DNA of 17,262 bases from Octopus sinensis (Eukaryota), in assembly GCF_006345805.1 (NCBI RefSeq), contig NW_021824902.1:1-17262 (forward strand), read 5' to 3'. Shown here in pieces: positions 8,985 through 16,765 of this stretch (positions within the stretch are counted from its first letter, which is position 1; each line of letters opens with the position of its first letter). The notes beneath the pieces were generated by a model, which saw only the letters and a list, made by a program, of their open reading frames with translations, was not told where the DNA came from and made no database searches. The position numbers and the translations under genes were made by a program.

Positions 8985-9610
8985 AAACCTTGTGTCTGTA
9001 GTACAAAGCATCATTGGTATAAAGGCGGCGAGCTGGCAGAAACGTTAGCACGCCGGACGAAATGCGTAGCCGTATTTCGTCTGCCGTTACGTTCTGAGTT
9101 CAAATTCCGCCGAGGTCGTCTTTGCCTTTCATCCTTTCGGGGTGGATAAATTAAGTACCAGTTAAGCACTGGGGTCGATGTAATCGACTTAATCTCTTTG
9201 TCTGTCCTCTCTGTGTTTAGCCCCTTGTGGGTAGTAAAGAAATAGGTATAAATGTGAATTTATAATCTGGATATAGAAGCTGGAAATTTCAAAGAATTTA
9301 TTCATATTTATACCCCTTCACTTTGGCTTTTAAAGAGATGTTCCACGCCAGCAGGACATCTGACCTCTGTGACGGTACATACTTTTTCATGTCTGTCCCA
9401 AACAACAATATCCGGGCTTTTATATTTACACTTAACAGATGTTTTGATGGAAATGTTCCACCACTATTCCTCGTGTTGATGTCTGTGAATGTATTCAATA
9501 ACGGTGCGGAGCGGTGGTGACGGTGGGCCAGCTTTTGACATTTTTGGCCAGCTGCTAATCACACGGTCGATGTCTTCCAGAGAAATATGACTTAATCTAC
9601 ATTTTCGGTT
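8985..9610 (-). pseudogene. R4/Dong-like LINE fragment (knuckle + restriction-like endonuclease), interrupted by a SINE at 9024-9250
   Basis: Minus frames give NRKCRLSHISLEDIDRVISSWPKMS, then EE*WWNISIKTSVKCKYKSPDIVVWDRHEKVCTVTEVRCPA, then NFQLLYPDYKFTFIP. Confidence 0.85.
9024..9250 (+). mobile_element. SINE family B, full length, with ggtataaa target-site duplication
   Basis: Close match to 6791-7018; ggtataaa at 9016-9023 and 9245-9252. Confidence 0.9.
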
Positions 9611-9697
9611 GCATAATATACATGCGTATGTATGAATGTATATACGTATGTATATATGTATTGCACTTAGTTAATGCGTGTGTGTGTGAGTGTGTGT

Positions 9698-9729
<32 letters not shown>

Positions 9730-9799
9730 GTATATATATATAAATCCTTAAAAATGTTTTAGCCCGAAGGCCGCGGCCAATGTACATGTATATATATAT

Positions 9800-10017
9800 A
9801 CTTAATCCAAACATGAACAAAGAAAAAACACAACAACCGGCGGATGAGGAATAGGTATAGTGTTATTGGACGCTCAGGAAAGAAAAGAAAGAAGGAGGAT
9901 TTAACGTTTCGAGCGGAGCTCTTCGTCAGAAATATAGAAAAAAGGAAAAGTCCAAGGAAAGGAAGGCGGAGTAAAACAAATTGCCATCGATACAAACGCG
10001 GTCACATAAGAAGTCCG

Positions 10018-10020
<3 letters not shown>
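9800..10020 (-). mobile_element. Penelope-like terminus carrying a hammerhead ribozyme
   Basis: A ~220-bp non-SINE segment between (TA)n tracts, with a hammerhead ~100 nt upstream of a pyrimidine-rich 3' end. Confidence 0.6.
9899..9933 (-). ncRNA. Minimal type I hammerhead ribozyme, canonical C3-G8 core
   Basis: Minus strand: AUUU-CUGACGA-a-GAGC(ucc)GCUC-GAAA-CG-UU^AAAU. Stem I 4 bp, stem II 4 bp, palindromic ACGU stem III, GUU cleavage triplet. Confidence 0.8.
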
Positions 10021-10070
<50 letters not shown>

Positions 10071-10113
10071 TGAAAGTCAAAAATAGAAAATGCTAAAAGA
10101 ATTTTATAGTGAA

Positions 10114-10161
10114 CATTTCAGTACCGGTTTCGGTCATTTTGAGACCTTTTCAACTGTAACG
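10114..10161 (-). ncRNA. Minimal type I hammerhead ribozyme, U3-A8 variant (left-arm mirror copy)
   Basis: Exact reverse complement of 10483-10530. Confidence 0.7.
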
Positions 10162-10482
10162 ATTAAATAATTAAATTTAGAAAAATTAGAAGAAAAGTTT
10201 TTTTAAAAGAATATTTCTATAGTAGTGTTCAGATTTAAGTGGCATTCTGCCTTTCTCTGACTCCCTTGTTTGCACTTGTGTGCAAAGTTTTTTTAAAAGA
10301 ATATTTCTATAGTAGTGTTCAGATTTAAGTGGCATTCTGCCTTTCTCTGACTCCCTTGTTTGCACTTGTGTGCAAACAAGGGAGTCAGAGAAAGGCAGAA
10401 TGCCACTTAAATCTGAACCTACTATAGAAATATTCTTTTAAAAAAACTTTTCTTCTAATTTTTCTAAATTTAATTATTTAAT

Positions 10483-10530
10483 CGTTACAGTTGAAAAGGT
10501 CTCAAAATGACCGAAACCGGTACTGAAATG
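10483..10530 (+). ncRNA. Minimal type I hammerhead ribozyme, U3-A8 variant
   Basis: CGUUACAG-UUGAAAA-GGUC(ucaaaau)GACC-GAAA-CCG-GUA^CUGAAAUG. Stem I 7 of 8 pairs, stem II 4 bp, palindromic ACCGGU stem III, GUA triplet. Confidence 0.7.
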
Positions 10531-10612
10531 TTCACTATAAAATTATTTTAGCATTTTCTATTTTTGACTTGTTTTTTCATATATATCAACTCGTGTGTTC
10601 CTTTTCACCCTT

Positions 10613-10650
<38 letters not shown>

Positions 10651-10694
10651 CATAGATATATGTGTGTGCGCGCGTGTGTGTGTGTGTGCGTGTA

Positions 10695-10900
10695 TGTTTG
10701 TGTGTCTGTGCTTGTCCCCCACCATCGCTTGACAACCGATGGTGGTGTGTTTACGTCCTCGTAACTTAGCGGTTCGGCAAAAAAGACCGATAAAATAAGT
10801 ACTAGGCATCCAAAGAATAAGTCCTGGGGTTGCTTTCCTCGACTAAAGGCGGTGCTCCAGCATGGCCACAGTCAAATGACTGAAACATGTAAAAGAATAT
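10695..10900 (+). mobile_element. SINE family A, 3' half
   Basis: ttgtcccccaccatcgcttgacaaccgat...cagtcaaatgactgaaacatgtaaaagaata. Confidence 0.9.
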
Positions 10901-11063
10901 ACAATTCTGCATTTCAAATACCTTCTATGGAAGATCATCAGGGTGTACAAAGGACACTAGAAGGATTACATGAAGATACGTTTGGTATATTCATGTGTAT
11001 ATATTCCAAGCGTAGTCTGTACATATATGCGTGCGTGTGTGCGGACTTTCTTCACGGTATTCC

Positions 11064-11272
11064 TTTATTCTTTTACTTGTTTCAGTCATTTGACTGCGGC
11101 CGTGCTGGAGCACCGCCTTTAGTCGAACAAATCGACCCCATTACTTATTCTTTGTAAGACTAGTACTTATTCTATCGGTCTCTTTTGCCGAACCGCCAGA
11201 TTACAGGGGCGTAAACACACCAACATTGAATGCCAGGCGATGGTGGGAGGACAAATACAGACGCACAAATAG

Positions 11273-11308
<36 letters not shown>

Positions 11309-11623
11309 TCGCTGCTTTCTTTCAAGGAACCTAATGCTCTTAGCTTACTTTTTTCTTGGGGCTGGCCAGATTGGAGCAATCTCAAGTATAATCAGCCAAA
11401 CTTGCGAAGATAATCTGGTACTTGACTGAGGAAAGAAAACTTCTTATGACTCCCTCCTCGTTTTCTTTGCATCGTCTATCTGGATGTTTTGTTGTCCCAT
11501 TTATGTATCACCTAACTCTTCGGATGTTTTGCGTTCTTGTCCCATTTTGGATTATATATATATATATATATTATATATAATAGATAGCGGCGTACGTACA
11601 CTATGGTCTCTCCCTCTCCCTCC

Positions 11624-11681
<58 letters not shown>

Positions 11682-11838
11682 CGGGCTACTTTTAGCTTCT
11701 GTTAACCAAATCCACTCACAACGCCTTGGTCGGCCCGAAGCTATAGTAGGAGACACTTGCCCAAGGTGCCACGCAGTGGGACTGGACCCGGAACCATGTG
11801 GTTGGGAAGCAAGCTACTTACCACAAAGCCACTCCTGC
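11064..11838 (-). mobile_element. SINE family A split at its internal microsatellite (3' half 11064-11308, 5' half 11680-11838)
   Basis: Both halves match family A in the same orientation and order, separated by a PLE-like fragment and simple repeats. Confidence 0.8.
11310..11552 (+). mobile_element. Diverged 3' fragment of the 1138-2297 Penelope-like family
   Basis: caaggaacctaatgc...ccagattggagcaatctcaag...cttgactgagga...gttcttgtccca aligns with the reverse complement of 1160-1345. Confidence 0.75.
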
Positions 11839-11942
11839 ATGAATAATTGTAAGAAATTATAGTTTAGAGTAAGAAATATATTCTTCATAATGTAATCTGC
11901 TGTCTTCTCTGTCTCAACCAGCCTCTCTCTCTCTCTCTCGCA

Positions 11943-11984
<42 letters not shown>

Positions 11985-12219
11985 TGTAGACTTTATAATC
12001 GTAATAGTTCTTCTACAAGATTTTCTTCTGCAAGATTCGGTAAATTCTAGCACTAGAACATAATTCAATCAATATTCACACTGTACACTTCAGACGTAAC
12101 GTAACTCGACGTGTATATATATATTTTGATTTCCGTCCGCACGTCTGTCTTGCACACTCCCCACCACTCTTTCTTTCTCTTTCTCTTTTATCCTCCCTCC
12201 TTTCGTCTGCGATTGTATA

Positions 12220-12695
12220 TGCATATGCACACACACAGACGTGCGCATACATACACACACACGCGCTCACATACACAGACACACACATTCGCATTGACAA
12301 ACGCAGATACACGCTCGCACACACATACAAACGCTCGCACACACATACACACAGACATACATAGACACGAGTGTGCACCCACATACACTCATACATACAC
12401 ACACACGCATACAAACACACACACACACGCACACACACTGACAAACACAGACACACGGGCACGCATACACATACATACAAGCACACACACAGACACAGAC
12501 ACACGGGCACGCATACACACACATGCAAACACACACACAGACACAGTCACAGACAGACACACGCATGCATTCACTCAAACAGGCACACACAAACACACAC
12601 TGACACAAGAACACACACACAAGCACACACATACACATACAGATAAAGACACACACAGACAAAGACACACACAGACAAATACACACTCGCGCGCA
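12220..12695. repeat. CA-rich compound microsatellite/minisatellite
   Basis: About 470 bp of degenerate (CA)n with a recurring acagacacacgggcacgcatacac unit. Confidence 0.9.
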
Positions 12696-12704
12696 TCTTT
12701 TTTT

Positions 12705-12925
12705 TTATCTCATCTTTTACTTATTGCAGTCATTAGACGACGACAGCCATGCTGGAGCAATGCCATGACATATTTAGGCTAATGAATCGACGGCAGTACT
12801 TATTTTTTTAAAGCCTGATACTTATTCTTTCGACCCTTTTGTCAGACCGCAAGATTACAGGGACGAAAACACACCTACACCGGTTATCAAGTGGTGGTGA
12901 GGTACAAATGCAGACAGATATACAC
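12705..12925 (-). mobile_element. SINE family A, degenerate 3' half
   Basis: cttttacttattgcagtcatt...gccatgctggagca...tacttattctttcgaccctttt is a diverged reverse complement of the family A tail. Confidence 0.7.
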
Positions 12926-13057
12926 ATACACGTATGGCCACAGCCTTAGGGCTGAAACAGATAATACATACATACACACATACATATATACACACATATA
13001 TATATATATATATGTATGTATATATATATAAAATAAATTATATATATATATATATAT

Positions 13058-13283
13058 GGAGATGTACTCGCATAGCAAGTAATTTGATCTGAGATCGTGT
13101 GCTGAAACGAAAACAATTGCAGCGTGGAAGGTGTTTTATAAGCCATTTAAGAAACACACAAAGCCGTTCGATTCACTCCAACATGTAAGTTTAATTTGTC
13201 AAAATATTTTCGTCGCTAAAATCCGCGACCTGTTCACTGACAAAGTCCGTGCTGCATCTAAGAAAGTAACAGTTAGTTCGTCA
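13058..13283 (-). mobile_element. Penelope-like terminus carrying a hammerhead ribozyme
   Basis: A ~225-bp non-SINE island between (TA)n tracts, containing the hammerhead at 13195-13244. Confidence 0.55.
13195..13244 (-). ncRNA. Minimal type I hammerhead ribozyme, G3-C8 variant
   Basis: Minus strand: UUUGUCA-GUGAACA-g-GUCGC(ggauuuua)GCGAC-GAAA-AUA-UUU^UGACAAA. Stem I 7 bp, stem II 5 bp, palindromic AAUAUU stem III, UUU triplet. Confidence 0.7.
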
Positions 13284-13470
13284 TATATATGTACGTATGT
13301 ATGTGTGTATGTATGCATACATGTGTGTATGTATGTACGTATATAATATATGTATGTATATATATATAAAATAAATAATATAATATATATATATATATAT
13401 ATGTAGTATGTATAATATATATAGTATATAGATATATATATGTGTGTGATATATATATGTATGTGTATAT

Positions 13471-13512
<42 letters not shown>

Positions 13513-13625
13513 GTATGTCTATATGTATGTATATATATATTATATATAGATATATATATATATATATATATAATATAATATATATATATATATATATCGG
13601 TATATGTATATATATAATATATATA
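13284..13625. repeat. Degenerate (TA)n-rich microsatellite field
   Basis: Directly visible. Confidence 0.95.
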
Positions 13626-13851
13626 CAAATTGAGATAGGGGTTGTAAATGCAACCCTCCATGGGATAACATATATCCAATATTACTGCTAGTGACGTACC
13701 CAACAAAGTAATACATAAATGTTAAGGATTTCGCTGCAATCAATTCATTTACTGTATTATATGGGCAAGGTAAAATGATTTACCACAAATTACTAATACA
13801 ACTCCATTCTTTATCTTGTATATATATATATAATATATATATTCTATATAG

Positions 13852-13879
<28 letters not shown>

Positions 13880-13882
<3 letters not shown>

Positions 13883-14280
13883 GTACAGGACGCTACCAAC
13901 GGTGCAAACGAGTTAAATACGTAAACAACGAGAGAGAAAAAAAGAGAACAGGACAAGTAAACACAGAGAAAGGAGCATTCATCAGTTGTCGGCTGTCTAT
14001 CTACTCCTCATTTCGAGCATTCAACGACAATATTAGTCTTCAAAGATAGTTGCTCCCATAAATCCTAAAATAAATTGTAGGATTTATGGAGGGTAAAAGT
14101 TGGGAACAAAAACAGGATAGTGGAGGCATATAAGGAAACCGAACGAAAACAAAGATAGAAGGTCATTAGACCAGAACGAGAGGGAAATAACGGTTGAAGA
14201 AATATCTTTTTTGAAAAGGGAAAAGTTATATATGTATATATAATGACTGCAATAAGTAAAAAATTGAGATAAAGAAAGAG
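13880..14280 (-). mobile_element. Possible Penelope-like terminus
   Basis: Abuts (TA)n; minus-strand CTGATGA ~100 nt upstream of a pyrimidine-rich 3' end; 12-bp inverted repeat at 14056-14089. Confidence 0.4.
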
Positions 14281-14283
14281 ATA

Positions 14284-14449
14284 GGCGCATGAGTAAGTAG
14301 CTTGCTTACCAACCACATGGTTCCGGGTTCAGTCCCACTGTGTGGCACCTTGGACAAGTGTCTTCTACTATAGCCTCGGGCCGACCAAAGCCTTGTGAGT
14401 GGATTTGGTAGACGGAAACTGAAAGGAGCCCGTCGTATATATGTATATG

Positions 14450-14494
<45 letters not shown>

Positions 14495-14696
14495 TTGTGT
14501 GTCTGTGTTTGTCACCACCACCCCCTAATATCGCTTGACAACCGATGCTGATGTGTTTAAGTCCCCGTAACTTAGCGGTTCGGCAAAAGAGACTGATGGA
14601 ATAAGTAGTAGGCTTACAAAGAATAAGTCCTGGGGTCGATTTACTCGACTAAAGGCCGCAGTCAAATGAATGAAACAAGTAAATGAGTAAAAGAGT
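14284..14696 (+). mobile_element. SINE family A, full length with a short tail deletion
   Basis: Complete head, CORE-like domain, internal microsatellite and tail; ggcggtgctccagcatggccgc is collapsed to ggccgc. Confidence 0.9.
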
Positions 14697-14801
14697 ATGT
14701 ATGTATGTATGCATGCATGCATGTATGTATGTGCAGATTTGTATATTTCATGTATATATTCTCATGCATAGAGTTATATATCTAGACATGCTCATATATA
14801 T

Positions 14802-14987
14802 TTAAATGATAAACTTGAGTAAAGTTTTACAGATTTTTACAGTTCCAGTGATGGCTTGGATCTGTAGTCTTCGAATTTGCTTTCAATTTTCTGGTTTTGA
14901 GAAGCCTAATTTCTCAAGATCTGTATTTAGGCAGTTTGTTAAATATCCCAGAGGCCCAATAATTACAGGTATAAACCTGAACTTGTA
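14802..14987 (-). pseudogene. R4/Dong-like LINE C-terminal fragment
   Basis: YKFRFIPVIIGPLGYLTNCLNTDLEKLGFSKPEN*KQIRRLQIQAITGTVKICKTLLKFII*. The 3' UTR (to ~14735) matches 7424-7495. Confidence 0.85.
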
Positions 14988-15049
14988 TGTATGTGTGTGC
15001 GTGTATGTTATGTATGTATGTATACATGAGTGTGTGAATATGAATATAC

Positions 15050-15290
15050 TTGGCTGTATGGTAAGAAGTTTGCTCCCCAACTACATGGTTCCGATTTCAG
15101 TCCCACTACGAGGCACCTTGAGCAAGTGGCTTCTACTATAACCTCGAAACAGATAGAATAAGTACCAGGTATAGCAAGAATTATAGTACTGAAGTCGATT
15201 AGTTTGGCTAATAATTCTTCAAGGCTGTGCCCCAGCACGGCCGCATTCTAATGAGTGAAAGAAGTAAATGATAAAAAAAAATAAAAGATA
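15050..15290 (+). mobile_element. SINE family A-like short form (head + CORE-like domain joined directly to the tail)
   Basis: gaggcaccttgagcaagtggcttctactataacctcg is followed immediately by gatagaataagtacc...gtgccccagcacggccgc. Confidence 0.75.
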
Positions 15291-15292
15291 AA

Positions 15293-15723
15293 GGCGCAGG
15301 CGTGGCTGTGTGGTAAGTTTGTTTCCCAAACACATGGTCCGAGGTTCAGTCCCACTGCGTTGCACCTTCGGCAGGTGTCTTCTACTATAACCTCGGGCCA
15401 ACCAAAGCCTTATGAATGGATTCGGTAGGCGGAAACTGAAAGAAGCCCATCGTATATACATCTGCATGTGTGTGTGTGTGTGTATGTGTGTGTGTGTGTG
15501 CGTGTGTGTGTATGCGTATGCTTGTGTGTCTGTGTTTGTCCCCCCCTCCCAGTATCGCTTGACAACCGATGCTGGTGTTTACGTGCCCGTAACTTAGCGG
15601 TTCGATAGAATAGGTACTAGGTTTACAAAAGAATAAGTCCTGGCGTCGATTTGCTCGGCTGAAAGGTGGTACTCCAGCATGGCCGCAGTCAATTGACGGG
15701 AACAAGTAAGAGAATAGAAGAAT
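15293..15723 (+). mobile_element. SINE family A, full length
   Basis: ggcgcaggcgtggctgtgtggtaag head through tail aacaagtaagagaatagaagaat. Confidence 0.9.
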
Positions 15724-15742
15724 GCTTGTTTTGTATATATAT

Positions 15743-15963
15743 ATTTCTTTACTACCCACAAGGGGCTAAACACAGAGGGGACAAACAAGGACAGACAAAC
15801 GGATTATGTCGATTATATCGACCCCAGTACTTAATTTATCGACCCTGAAAGGATGAAAGGCAAAGTCGACCTCGGCGGAATTTGAACTCAGAAGGTAACG
15901 GCAGACGAAATACGGCTACGCATTTCACCCGGCGCGCTAACGTTTCTGCCAGCTCGCCGCCCT
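15743..15963 (-). mobile_element. SINE family B, full length, with a 17-bp target-site duplication
   Basis: Reverse complement of the 6791/9024 copies; ttgttttgtatatatat at 15726-15742 and 15964-15980. Confidence 0.92.
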
Positions 15964-16309
15964 TTGTTTTGTATATATATGTGAATTAATAGAAGCATTG
16001 CTTTATTTTCACGGTCTGTTAACGAAATGGTTTGTTAGCCTAGCAGGAAATTTAATTGATGAAGTCCAGTACGCTATGCGTGTGTGTGTGTGGTCAACAG
16101 GATGTTCTAGGTAGTAGATGGCCGCAGATTGACCGGCAGCTGCTACTGATACTGCTTTGCGTTGTTTTCGTTGCTGACGACGACGGCGGAAAAGGGTCAG
16201 TCACATCCGTTTTTGCTTTTTTATATTTTTCGTCCGACAAACATTGACCGACCGAACAGTTGGTCAGTGAACTGTTAAGCTGCAACAACAGCTACTGCCA
16301 CTGCCACTG

Positions 16310-16312
<3 letters not shown>

Positions 16313-16347
<35 letters not shown>

Positions 16348-16348
16348 G
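16313..16348. repeat. (CTA)n trinucleotide microsatellite
   Basis: Directly visible, preceded by (CTGCCA)3. Confidence 0.95.
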
Positions 16349-16389
16349 AGTGCCGAGATTCATTAAAGCACCGATACTTTTATACTACT

Positions 16390-16765
16390 GTCGTCTGCCG
16401 TTACGTTGTGAGTTCAAATTCCGCCGAACAAAATTCATAGCGACATTTCTTCCGGCTTTTTACGGTCGATTTTATCTTCTGTCCTTTTGGGGTCGATAAA
16501 ATAAATAACAATTGAGCAATGGGGTCGATATCACCAAGAAATCCCCTCCTGCCAAATTTAAGGCCTTATGCTTATAAACGAAAGAATTCTAAACCAAACG
16601 AAGGCAGCGAACTGGCAAAATTGTTAGTGCGTCGAACAAAATTTATAGCGATATTTATTTCGCCTTTTTACGGTCGACTTTATATTCTGTCCTTTCGGGG
16701 TCGATAAAATAAGTAAAAGTCGTACACAAAGATCGATGTAATAGATTTACAAACACCCTCAAAAT
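16390..16765 (+). mobile_element. Two degenerate family B-like SINEs in tandem
   Basis: gaacaaaatt.atagcga...ttttacggtcga.tttat..tctgtcctt..ggggtcgataaaataa occurs near 16427-16505 and 16634-16712. Confidence 0.7.

Larger units (their letters stand above)
10074..10570. repeat. Long palindrome (~200-bp arms, 4-nt loop at 10366-10369) with a 90-bp tandem duplication of the hairpin tip (10197-10286, 10287-10376)
   Basis: By eye the arms are reverse complements except for one mismatch (10099/10545) and one 1-nt indel; flanked by (TA)n. Confidence 0.92.

Noticed and set aside
10905-10947. Minus-strand CTGATGA followed by a cttc/gaag hairpin and a later GAAA
   Set aside because: Six extra nucleotides separate the hairpin from GAAA, and there is no stem I or III partner.
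13715-13755. Minus-strand taaatg...gcagcGAAAtccTTAacattta
   Set aside because: No valid core or stem II; pairing is explained by AT richness.
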